Position numbers and translations under genes: made by a program. The notes beneath the pieces are model-generated. The model searched no databases and was not told the origin of the DNA. It saw nothing but the letters and a program-made list of their open reading frames with translations. A DNA stretch of 63,683 nt, filler included, from Octopus bimaculoides (lineage: Eukaryota): assembly GCF_001194135.2 (NCBI RefSeq). It is 5 parts of 4 records of this genome, joined end to end, with 100 filler letters (N's around TTAATTAATTAA, not from the genome) between each part and the next. Parts side by side here need not be neighbours in the genome. Positions count along the whole stretch, not along the records: positions 18,653 to 50,067 come from NC_068988.1; 4 more parts are not named here. One strand, given 5' to 3'. Below, piece by piece: positions 25,431 through 37,023 of this stretch (the first letter of the stretch is position 1; every line of letters starts with the position of its first letter).

Positions 25431-25640
25431 GGTTTCAAATTATGGCACAAAGTCTGCAGCTTTGGAAAGAGGGTTAAGTCGATTAAATTGGCCCCAGTGT
25501 TTAACTGCTACATACTTTATCGAAACCAAAATGATGAAACGCAAAGTCGACCCCGTCGGAATTCGAACTTAGAACGTAAAGACGGACAAAATACCGCTAT
25601 GCATTTTGCCCAGCGCGCTAACTCGCTGCAAGCTCACTGC
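25431..25640 (-). mobile_element. SINE family A, inverted tail-to-tail with the preceding copy
   Basis: Reverse complement gives GTTAGCGCGCTGGGCAAAATGC...GTCTTTACGTTCTAAGTTCGAATTCC...GTCGACTTTGCG. Confidence 0.85.
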
Positions 25641-26325
25641 TCTGTTTCTTACATTAATATTGGGATCCTCTGAGCTATGAAATTGCATGTCCTTTCCTCC
25701 AAACCCAGCTCCCATTGTTACTACAATATTTAACAGTTCAGACCCGGCACTAAACATCGTGCCGAACCATTCATTCTAAGGTTACATTCAACCGGAATTT
25801 CCTATCTACAATGTTTCTCCGACGGACACTAATCTGCAAGATATTCAAACTAAATATCAACCATTTTGAAACCCCACAATCCAGGAATACTAACAAGGAT
25901 TATGGGCACTTTGTCTTCTTGAGTGAATAATAAAGAAAAAATTATTGACAAGCATTGAAGAATGTATATCTTTCTTGCCGTGATTTGTCACGTGACAAAG
26001 GGGAAGATAGATAGATAGATATACATAGAGAGAGAGTGCGAAAGAGAGTAAAAGAAAAAAATTGGATACACACACACACACACGCAGATACAAACACCCA
26101 TAACCTCCCTTGCTCATATTGATTTTTATCATAGCAGAACTTAGTAACAATGTGAAAGTATATTATCTCGTATTGGTTAAATATTCTATTCAATCGTATA
26201 TTTTTTTTTATAAATAACTGATTGATCGTTAGGGTGAGACTCTCAGTTTTTAAGATGGTTCTATCATTAACCGTCTAATCTTTAAAAACAAAATTTAAAA
26301 ATAAATATTAATAATATTTACAAGG

Positions 26326-26765
26326 AAGACGGCGAGCTGGTAGAATCGTTAGCATACCGGGTAAAACGCTAAACGGTATTTCGTCCGTCTATACGTTCTG
26401 AGTTTAAATTCCGCCTAGATCCATTTTGCCTTTCATCCTTTCGGAGGTACTGATAAAATAAGTACCGCTTGAGCACTGGTGTCGATGTAACCGATTTACC
26501 TCCTCCGTGATATTGCTGGCCTTGTACCAAGATTAGAAAGCGATAATTATATTTGCATGGAAGGCAGTGAGCTTGGCAGAATCGTAAGCACGCCGAGTTA
26601 AACACTCGGCAGCACTTCGTCCGTCTTTACATTCTTAGTTCAAATTCCACCGAGTTCGACTTTGTCTTTCATCCTTTCGGGGTCGAGGAAATAAGTACCA
26701 AGTAAGCACTGAGGTTAATGTAATCGACTTCCCCGAATATGCTGACCTTGTGCCAATATTTGCAT
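26326..26765 (+). mobile_element. Two head-to-tail SINE family A copies (26326-26550 and 26561-26765)
   Basis: Each starts GGC(G/A)G(T)GAGCT(T)GG(T/C)AGAATCGT and carries the TTTCATCCTTTCGG core. Confidence 0.9.
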
Positions 26766-27352
26766 ACGACAGCAGGGGATGTGGTTTTAATCCACACCAG
26801 TTTAATCCCACCATTGCTACGGGTTTGGAGTCAGATAACATCAGCATGAGCAAAATCAGAAACTGAACTTGCCTTCGACCTGATCAAACAATCTTGGTAT
26901 AAGTTGTATTTGAAGTGTATAAATGTCTAACTGAATATATATTGTATATATGTTACTAACAAGATTTGTGCCAACTCTAACCACCTTTTATATTTAATGA
27001 ATACTTAAGTGTTTTATAGAACATTTCGTACACAAGTGGAACACAGAGTAAAAGGTTGTATGTAGTTCCCTCTATGTACAAGTCTCCCATGACGTTTTAA
27101 TGTCACCATCAATAAATAAAGATTGGTGATAAAACTCGATTTCACATCAGTAGTTTTGTCAATGCATAGTGCCAGGAGATCGCTCTATTCTATATTTTTC
27201 TCTGATTCTTGAGAGACTTTCAGCCAATCTGAATTGTTGTTCTCGTTCATCTAATTAATCACTGTCTGCTGTGTAAAAACCGTTCACTACTTTTGGTTTT
27301 CGTGTAATGTTGATTGATATTGTAATACTATGCTGTCGCTGTTTTGTTATAG

Positions 27353-27400
27353 AGTTTAGTGGTGACAGCCGTACAGATGTAATGGCTGATTGGACAGATT
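27353..27400 (+). CDS. Candidate internal exon (48 nt, phase 1-1): (K)FSGDSRTDVMADWTD
   Basis: Acceptor CTGTTTTGTTATAG|A, donor TT|GTAAGA, open frame; phase-compatible with exon 16837-16953 (joins as VLR-K-FSGD). Confidence 0.45.
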
Positions 27401-28034
27401 GTAAGATTTACCATCTCAAAGATGAATTCGAATCAACAATACATAAGATATATATGTATATATATATANNNNNNNNNNNNNNNNNNNNNNNNNNNNNNNN
27501 NNNNNNNNNNNNNNNNNNNNNNNNNNNNNNNNNNNNNNNNNNNNNNNNNNNNNNNNNNNNNNNNNNNNNNNNNNNNNNNNNNNNNNNNNNNNNNNNNNNN
27601 NNNNNNNNNNNNNNNNNNNNNNNNNNNNNNNNNNNNNNNNNNNNNNNNNNNNNNNNNNNNNNNNNNNNNNNNNNNNNNNNNNNNNNNNNNNNNNNNNNNN
27701 NNNNNNNNNNNNNNNNNNNNNNNNNNNNNNNNNNNNNNNNNNNNNNNNNNNNNNNNNNNNNNNNNNNNNNNNNNNNNNNNNNNNNNNNNNNNNNNNNNNN
27801 NNNNNNNNNNNNNNNNNNNNNNNNNNNNNNNNNNNNNNNNNNNNNNNNNNNNNNNNNNNNNNNNNNNNNNNNNNNNNNNNNNNNNNNNNNNNNNNNNNNN
27901 NNNNNNNNNNNNNNNNNNNNNNNNNNNNNNNNNNNNNNNNNNNNNNNNNNNATATATATATATGAATAGACAGACCGACAAATAGATAGATAGATAGATA
28001 AATAGACACAGCAAACTTCTCTACAGTCAATATT

Positions 28035-28165
28035 TCAAATCCCTTCTCAAGGTGTTGGATAAACTCAGTGTTGTAGTATTAGGCACTTGCTAAAGGTACT
28101 GCGCAGCGGTACAGATTCCGAAACTTCATGGTTAGAAAACAAACGACTTGATCACACAGCCATTT
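28035..28165 (-). mobile_element. SINE family B 5' fragment
   Basis: ATGGCTGTGTGATCAAG...CCATGAAGTTTCGGAATC...CTGCGCAGTACCTTTAGCAAGTGCC, a decayed family B head. Confidence 0.55.
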
Positions 28166-28399
28166 GTTACTTTGTGGAATATTGGCAGTCTTGGTGTCGC
28201 TAAATGTTGCTCTAATAATCCTTTCTACTCTATGCACAAGGCCTGAAATTTTGGAGGAGGGGAATAGTTGATTATATCGCTTGAAAATACTCTTCAGAAC
28301 TAGTTTCAGAAGTTTTTTTCTTTTTATCTATCTCGCTAGCATCTTGTTCATCTCTTGCTCCTTCGAAAATGTCATCAACAACTGATTGCGAGCAGCCCA

Positions 28400-28760
28400 G
28401 AAATCCCTCGAGCAACTATTTCACAATCATGAGACTAGAATAAAAATGGTGTAACAGGCTGTTGCATTCTCCACAGTGCTCTACGACAGTGAGACTTAGC
28501 ATATAAAATTCGAATACCTTGATATGAGAGACTACATTGATTACATCAAAGAATGAGGTGATCGATCTTGAACGTCAGATGTTATGGCTGTCTAAAAAGA
28601 AAAAGAAAACAAAGCATCATTCAGTAGCGTTAAATTCCGATGGACAGGACTTGTAAAAAGGGTGCTAGACACCATAATTTTCCAGTATACCTTGTACTCA
28701 GAACTTCTGAGGGTCAATACTTCTGACAGAAAATGATGTACAACATCAGCAATTTTGCAA
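28400..28760 (+). mobile_element. RTE-clade LINE C-terminal remnant
   Basis: TRIKMV*QAVAFSTVLYDSET (cf. VYxAVVLSTLLYGSETW) and RWTGLVKR.LDT...LYSEL (cf. LRWxGHVxRM...LYGEL). Confidence 0.7.
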
Positions 28761-29582
28761 AATGGCAAATAAAGCATTACAAGAAAACTAAGGCTTTAAC
28801 AGGGATCATCTCTATGGTTTTAGTGACTGATTATTCTTAGACTTATGGAGGCCTTCATAAAGATTGAAATCATCAACAACATCGATGAAAAACACCTTGA
28901 AAACATCTCACAATGAGGACATATTGATAGAGAGAAAGAGAGAATATGCGTGAGAGAGAGAGGTTACGAGAAAGAGGAGAGAAAGAAAAGCACATAAACA
29001 TATATATGCATAATCTCTTTCTCTCTCTTTCTCTCTCTTTCTCTCTCTTTCTCTCTCTTTCTCTCTGCTTATGCCTCCATTTATCTCTTTGTATATATAT
29101 ATATATATATATGTATGCAATATGTACAACAATTAATGTAGAAATCAGAGACATTTAAATTCTTTGGCTTTTGCTTAGTTTATCATAAATAATAGTTAAA
29201 CTACCAAGGACAAAATAACACCCAGCAATGGTTTGAAAATTGATTTTATATATATNNNNNNNNNNNNNNNNNNNNNNNNNNNNNNNNNNNNNNNNNNNNN
29301 NNNNNNNNNNNNNNNNNNNNNNNNNNNNNNNNNNNNNNNNNNNNNNNNNNNNNNNNNNNNNNNNNNNNNNNNNNNNNNNNNNNNNNNNNNNNNNNNNNNN
29401 NNNNNNNNNTATATATAAAACGATACAACTTCAGTGACACTCTCCATATGAAGCAAACTAAATAATAAATTGAATAGATTTTTTATTTAAATATATTATT
29501 GCAATTAATATTAGTAGATATAAGCAATAAAGATCAAGCATTTTGAGAAGAAAAACAACAACAATATAATGGTAATAATAAT

Positions 29583-29641
<59 letters not shown>

Positions 29642-30867
29642 CAACAACAACAACGATATAATGAATTGAAAATTAAAATATTAATAAAGTATAAATACAA
29701 AATAATATTAAAAACATTAAATAATACTACTTTTACTAATAAAAAAATATAGATGATAAAAACTAATCGTAATAAAATGCAACAACAAAAATAACATACA
29801 TAAAATATTTTATTCTTGCTAATTTTCACATGATTTATGTAATTTATTTGATAATAAATTCAGTTAAAATCCATCTGGAAATATATCTTTCTTTTATCCA
29901 TTTATGAAAAATATATATTCATTTATTTTGCAATTCATTAATTTATATTTTTAATGCTTCACTGTCTGTCTTTTCTAACCTTTTCCTTTACATCACCACC
30001 GCATTCATTCTCTCTGTCTATCGCTCTCCATTTTACTTTATCTTTTTCTCGACACCACGCACATCACTCCACGTATTTGGCTGCCAAAACCATTTCATTT
30101 AGACTAATTACCATTTTGATGGAAATTTAATTAATTTCCTTTCGAAATTTAGAAGTATAATTTCGTATACACATACGTACGTAGTTCATACATACATACA
30201 TACATACATACATACATACATACATACATACATACATACGTACATACTTAAGTACGTATATATATATAATTATATATATATATATATATATGTACGTACG
30301 TATGTATGTATATAGGTATGTCTATGTATATATGCATGTATATGTATGTATGTATATGCATATATATATATATTTGTTTCTATATATGTATACAAATATG
30401 TATTTGTATGTATGAATATATATGTCTATATGTGTATATACACACATACGCACATACACACACATATCATTCTGATATTAAAAGAAATTATTCCACCACA
30501 CTTATCCTACCTCTTTCTTTTTCTTTTTCTCTCTTATTTCAAAGACTCAGTTTTCACACTTCATTATACAGCCCCAAACACACAGGTGTGCCAATATATT
30601 AGTTAGTGTGAAACTAGCAATAAAAGAAGTATTTAATTTACAAATCTTCATCTAACTTACAAAAATAATCATAAGACTTCGACTTCTAAAGGATGCTGCC
30701 ATATTATTGAAGTCATTGTCGCTTATTCGGATTCTTCATGGTGCCATCATAAAATGTCTCTTTCTGTTTCCTCTTTCAAGTGGTAAGTCGCAGTTTCATA
30801 TCATACCAATGCTATTACATTTTGTTGATTAGACAGAAAGTAAACAACCTTTCAAACACCTCATATG

Positions 30868-31068
30868 TTGGTTTCAAATTTTGGTACAAGACCAGCAAGT
30901 TAGGGTGAGGCGTAAGTCGATTACACTGACTCCAGTTCCTAACTGAATACTAAAAGGATGAAAGGCAAAATCAACTTCGGTGGAATTCGAACTCGGAACG
31001 TAAAGATGGTCGAAATATTGCAAAGCATTTTGTTTGGCGTGCCAACGATTCTTCCACCTTGCCGCCTT
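30868..31068 (-). mobile_element. SINE family A
   Basis: Reverse complement AAGGCGGCAAGGTGGAAGAATCGTTGGCACGCC...GAGTTCGAATTCC...TTGCCTTTCATCCTTT. Confidence 0.85.
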
Positions 31069-31329
31069 GAAACACCATATGTATTAACACGCAATCGTTG
31101 CACTTCAAAGAACATCTTGAGTTGAATAACTCAAAGTAAAAGAGTGAGTGATATATATATATATATATATATATAGTGAGAGAGGGAGAGAAATATATTG
31201 TGATAGTAGAAATAATTGTGATGTAGCTAATACGGTAATAATACCGGAAAATGAAGTCAGAGCTGCCATATATATACAAATAAGTATAATAAATGTTCAT
31301 GCAGAGAAAAATTAAAATGCCCATTGATG

Positions 31330-31640
31330 AGCCTCTGTATGAGTACAAATCGTGTATATAATTGTACCGTGCACACAAGGAAGGGCCGTATGTTTACATT
31401 GGGCAAACGGTTGATTCATTCAAGAATCCTTATCACAACCATGTCGCCAGGTTCAAGAGAATCAATAAGAGACATTCAACATCTTTAACCGGTCCATAGT
31501 ATAACACGCAAAACCATATAATATCATTTCCAGAAGATGCCGATTCTGCTCCGAGAAATCCCTGTCTATTCTGTAAACCAATGAGAAGAGCATTAATAGA
31601 ATTTTTGAAAGATCCTCAAGATGCCTACATGCATATAAAC
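31330..31640 (+). mobile_element. Penelope-like GIY-YIG remnant
   Basis: VYNCTVHT...GPYVYIGQTVDSFKNPYHNHVARFKRINKRHSTSLT and CLFC, across frameshifts. Confidence 0.7.
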
Positions 31641-32075
31641 GTACTTTCCCACAATACAGTGGGAATGAATTTGAGTAACTGTCAACATAACATACTTAAT
31701 GATATGGATGAATTAAGTTTAGCTTTAACTTCCCCATTCTTATAAACACCAAGTAGCTATTTAACTCGCTATGTGAACGTACGTGTACCAAACCACACGT
31801 GTGCGTATGCTTACATCTTCGTGGATCCTTGTATGAGCGAGTGTACACGCACCATACAACTTAGGCGAGTGCGTTTATATATCTATATCCGTTAACGACT
31901 TCTGCTGATACTTTTCTCGCCGTATTGCGTGTTCGTTTCTTTTTTGCATCTACTATTTTATTATTGATCTTCTATACAAATGAAGCTATATCCTTTAATT
32001 GGTTGCTTTTCTTTACACGAAATGAGAAGATGAATTGCGAAACTGTTATTTTATATCTATTTATCACCCGAAGAG

Positions 32076-32161
32076 ACACATCTGAACAGCCGGATACTCC
32101 TGAACCAGCTAAGTATCCCACCCATGAGGAATCGATGCTAGATGTGGCGAAACAATTGTAG
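32076..32161 (+). CDS. Weak candidate terminal exon: (Y)TSEQPDTPEPAKYPTHEESMLDVAKQL*
   Basis: Open PEST-like frame, phase-1 compatible, stop followed by AATAAA at 32167-32172; the acceptor (ATCACCCGAAGAG) is poor. Confidence 0.25.
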
Positions 32162-32232
32162 TGATTAATAAAAATTCTTGTATCTTCCGTCTTTCATTTA
32201 TCATGTATGTGTATATATACATATACACACAC

Positions 32233-32288
<56 letters not shown>

Positions 32289-32374
32289 NNNNNNNNNNNN
32301 NNNNNNNNNNNNNNNNNNNNNNNNNNNNNNNNNNNNNNNNNNNNNNNNNNNNNNNNNNNNNNNNNNNNNNNNNN

Positions 32375-32412
<38 letters not shown>

Positions 32413-32949
32413 TAGAAAGAGAGAGAGAGAAGGAGAAAGAGAGACAGAAAGAGTGAGAGAGAGAAATTACATATCTACACGCCGCTTAACATCACATTCG
32501 GAAAGTATGTTTATTCCATTTCCTACTAATGGAATATGAATTTTCCATTAAATGGTGTACCTTAAAAATCCATCATTTTGCTCTATTTTATACTTACATA
32601 ATCTAGTCTTGTCTCAAAGCATACACAAAACCTCGTAGGAAGATGGTATCCTATTGTTTATCTGAAGACTCCAGTCAAATCTACACAATTATTTCAGTCC
32701 TACATTAATCACCTGAAAAACTTTACTCTGAAATATCAGTCTTACAGGCACCACATTGGTTTAAAAATGAGGTAGCTACACCAGCGTAAAATGAATTATG
32801 CCACCTTCGTTTTTCTCCATCAAAGCACAATCCTAGATCATCTAAACAATGAAAACGCAACAACGACCATCAAAGAAACATAAACATCTACAAGACCCTA
32901 TTAACTAAAAGGAAAAAAATAAAAACAGCTAGCAAGGCAGCTTCACGCG

Positions 32950-34420
32950 GGCCTTAAGAAAAGTAATAACAAACTTCTTCTTTGGTCAGAAATGCCTGCA
33001 TTGATTAATCCCATTCTGGATGGCGTCTTAAGAACCTGTCTATGACGCCAGTAGTAGCACCTTTCATCTAGGGTTTTCGCTCAGCTCAAATACTAAGGAT
33101 GTGTTCCAGAATACCTCAGATGAAAAGCTGTTGACTCCACTTTTCTCCAACAGAACAATATGGACAAGCACAATAGAACATTCTAGATTGCCTGAAACAG
33201 GAATTTATTCTGATGGAACTCTGCTTTCCAAAGCATAAGCCATGCGACTCCGCGTTCCACCGCTTGCTTCATTCTTTACCAGATACCTTGTTGCTGAAAC
33301 TCAATGCTCTTGATGGTCAACTCCTCCTCAATTGATGCTCGCATTTCATTCCGGAACAGCAACCTCTTATCTTTCTCTTGCAACTTGTCATAGCAAGATA
33401 TTGTGCTAAAAACCGCCGTTCCTTAAAGTACTGCACCCACCAGTCCGTCATATTTTAGTAATGACCCTGCAACCTGAACTACCTCAAAGGTTCTCCACTC
33501 TGCCTTGTCTTAACTTCAATACCAACCTGAAAGACTTTGTGTCGCTATAGATTTGAAATGAAACCTATCGGAGATCAGATAGCGTACTCTGCTTTTCGGA
33601 CAAAGAAGCCTGAGTTTGATCTCGATTTTACTATCATGTCATTGGAGAAAGAGTCACCATATGTCGCACCCCAGATTTCAACCTTGCTACCTCGTAACGG
33701 GAAGATTCTGCTGCCATCGAGTCAGGTCTTTTTGTGTCCTTGCGATCAAGCCTTTCCGACTATTGTTGAGCTACAAAACTGGCTGCATCTAAACCAGCGT
33801 GGAGACAACATGACACTAGGTACAGTCCGCAAACGTCCATTGAACAACCGCAGTGAGAATTATGTAGCTGGTAGATCCGAATTCCAAGCTTCAATGTGAC
33901 GCCAGTTTTGAGAAAGGCTTTATCCAGCAGGTCATAATCGATTTTGTAGCTGTAGTATTTCAGCCTTACATCACTGTGGGACTGGAAGGCAGAGCTGAAA
34001 CACACTCGTCATCAATTGTGGTCAAGAGAAATTTACAAAACTATCTGAGACTTTATGGAAATATTCGAGATTGAGGCTGACTTGTGTCCAAGTTTGTCGG
34101 CCGCTTCGAATCACTTGATTGTTGAAGGTTCTGGATCTGAAATGAAACAATTCTTGGAAGGTATTTTAGCTGGTGCTTAGCTATTGAAGACCTTCTTTCA
34201 CAGAAGATTATCTAGTTGCTTGAAAAAGTGATATATGGTCAGAGAGAGGTCTGGAGAGCAAGCGTGACGAAATGGAATTTTGTAGCCCTGTTTAGTCAAT
34301 TCCAGGTATCATCTGCGATACAGGGCTTTCAGTTCGACCACAAATCCCCTTTTCTTCAAGAATTTCTTCTCCTCTAGATCACTTTTTAAAGCCAATGAGG
34401 AGATGTAATTGATTTGATGG
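32950..34420 (-). mobile_element. Probable DIRS-type (YR) retrotransposon RT/RNase H remnant
   Basis: Ordered decayed motifs LELTKQGYKIPF (cf. GYxIPF), SLNLEYFH (cf. SLDLKDAYFH), LKLGIRIYQ (cf. LRxxGIRIxxYLDD) and EELTIKSIEF (cf. HINxLEL). Confidence 0.5.
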
Positions 34421-35999
34421 TGCCTGCATGGATGATTTGCTGATCTTGAGAGAAGTTCCGCTCATCTGTGTTCTATTTGGAACTCACAATAAAATCACTC
34501 GAATTCATTTTTCCTATATTTAATTTGGACACCTAACATAGCAAGAATAAAGAATTAAAAGAAAACCATTACCAAAAATTGGTAATGCACTTCAGAATGG
34601 TGCATAAAACGAACATGGATAAATGAAAAGTTTATTCCAAAGTAAACATGACAGTTTAAGATTCAAAATAACGCAATTTATACATAGTTACACATAAATA
34701 TATATATATATATATATATACTGTAATATAACTTTTGTGCCCTTATACATGCAAAGGGATATACACAATTTGGCTAACACAGAAAATAAAGCCAGTGAGA
34801 ATACGCATATAGACGCAATTTTTACTGTGAACAATCGTTTGAAAAATTCACCCGTGACCTTTACTGCAATCTAAAAGCGAGATTGTTCTCGTTGCCTTCA
34901 TGAAGGAAAGTATACCTTGGCTAAGCAGTCGATTTCATCCTAGCAGAAGAGCTGACTTTTTGCTTATTTGAAGTAACTTTATACTGCTCAGATACTATAT
35001 ACCTTCTCTTTTCACTCCTCCAGTTTCTTTGTGGGCCCCAAATGCCCTCCTCTTATACATTTACCCTTCATTTTGTTTCCCGACTAATTTTTGTGATCAT
35101 CTTTTCTCTCCTTCTTTTCTTTCTTTATTTTGCTATCAAGAGCTGCACTCATAAAAAGCATTTATTTCTTCTACAGTCAACATAACATATCCACACATAT
35201 CTATCTCCACAACTTAGCTCTCTCTCCAATTTTTTTCTCTCTCTCACATACACAAATACACACATATACGCACACCTACTTACCCTTCCTTACTCACAAA
35301 TACAATGGATACGGTTTTCATTTTTTTTTAACCACTAGATGAAAATTGAGTTAACAGAGTAGCCTTTGGGCTCTACTTCTGGAGAGACTAAATCCAGCAT
35401 TACATTTGCTGGTTTCTGCCGCAACTTTGTGACTTGTCCGCCAGGCGTTTTCTTCTCAATTCTACAGTACAAGAGAGCGCAAACCATAACTTTCCAATTA
35501 ACTAATCTGATGAATATTTAATTCATTCCCACTGTAAGGATGGTGATTTTGTACGAATCCCCTCGGGAATATTGGCTGTGATAGGGCTAAATTTATGATA
35601 TACATAGTACAAACAAGATGAGTGTGTATGTATATGTGTGTATGTGTGTATGTGTATGTGTATATGTGTATGTGTATGTGTGTATGTGTGTGTGTACATA
35701 GATGTAAATACATTATGTGTTGTACATATAACACTTTACTGCATAGGAACATGTACATATACACTCAATTGTATATAGGTGCAAACATACATACGCGTAC
35801 ACTCACACGTGCGCGCACACACACACACATACACACATACACATACACACATACACATACACACATACACACATAGTGTGTTCGGGCTGAATTCGAGGAT
35901 GCACTGTGCTTCTTTTTTTCTGAAACAGCTCGATGTATTAGTGGACAATTAAAAGTGTTGGAGAGCATATAGATTAACGTTGTAGTTGAGAAAAAGTTA

Positions 36000-36660
36000 G
36001 CTGAAATGGAGGACCGGACGGCATCACAATACTGGAAAAGAGTTACCTGTATCATGATGATTTGTACCAGGTATCAAAATTTCATCTTCATGACTGCTGC
36101 TCAATGATCTGTGAACATTGTAAAGGCTATAAGACGCGACATGAATAGCTACAACGGAGACTTCGAATCCGTGGGCAGCTGCAAAGGACACAACAGGTGT
36201 TCTGACTGCGTACGCATGCCAGAGTTCATCCAACAACTGTAGGAACAGAGGAACAGGTCCTTAGACTCAATTCAAATGGCTACGTGTAGCTGCTAGAGAC
36301 TGTGGTCAATTCCTAGCTGAAGAAGTTTGCTACTGGAAAGCGAAATGTGTGGCAGCATGATTCGATTCCTTGTCGTACTTCAGAAAAACATTAGAATTAG
36401 TCGCCGGTGAATGTCTACGACTTCGCTAGCCCCAGTTTCTGGCCTCCTCGTTCCTCCGCTTGTAATCTCATGGATTAATATGTGTGGGTGCAATTGAGAA
36501 GCATACCAACTGATATGCCTCCAACACCAGACATGAGGTGGTGGCTAAGATGGAGAAGTTGTTCGAAGATCTCCTTAGCGAAACTGTGCTCTCGCCCCAG
36601 GTTCCGGAGCTGACTTGAGGCTGTAGTGCAAGCTGAGGGCAGCTACTTTAAATAAACTTA
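36000..36660 (+). mobile_element. Tc1/mariner transposase relic, probably maT/DD37D-like
   Basis: VWQHDSIPCRTS (cf. WQQDSAPCHTS), FWPPRSSACNLMD*YVW (cf. WPPNSPDCNPLDYYVW), RFRS*LEAVVQAEGSYFK*. Confidence 0.75.
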
Positions 36661-36831
36661 TCTCCTAGCAATAATCTAGTTGATTATATATATATATATN
36701 NNNNNNNNNNNNNNNNNNNNNNNNNNNNNNNNNNNNNNNNNNNNNNNNNNNNNNNNNNNNNNNNNNNNNNNNNNNNNNNNNNNNNNNNNNNNNNNNNNNN
36801 NNNNNNNNNNNNNNNATATATATAAGGTCGG

Positions 36832-36902
36832 TTTATGGGATTTCCCTAGGTTTCCCGTCCATAAAGTGTTTAGCTTTATGGCGTATCGTCAGATCCCAAA
36901 AA
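36832..36902 (-). ncRNA. Type I hammerhead ribozyme motif in the Penelope pLTR; this copy appears mutated at U16.1
   Basis: TTTTTGGGAT-CTGACGA-T(A)CG-CCATAAAG ctaaaca CTTTATGG(A)CGG-GAAA-CC tag GG-AA-ATCCCATAAA: stem I 9 of 10 bp, CUGACGA core, long stem II, short stem III; AA where UH is expected. Confidence 0.7.
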
Positions 36903-36999
36903 CCTGTTGGCCCATGACCTCTTAAAACTATAGAGAAGGAAATGCCCCACTGCTCAATGGTAACAATTGGGGATTATCTCCCTTTGCTAATGACTATCG

Positions 37000-37023
37000 A
37001 CTTCCGGTTGTGCCGCCATCTTG
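37000..37023 (-). promoter_or_regulatory. Adjacent YY1 (CAAGATGGCGGC) and ETS (CCGGAAGT) consensus motifs at the pLTR boundary
   Basis: Minus strand reads CAAGATGGCGGCACAACCGGAAGT; the inverted copy at 38588 begins AAGATGGTTGCACAGCCGGAAGT. Function is inferred. Confidence 0.45.
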
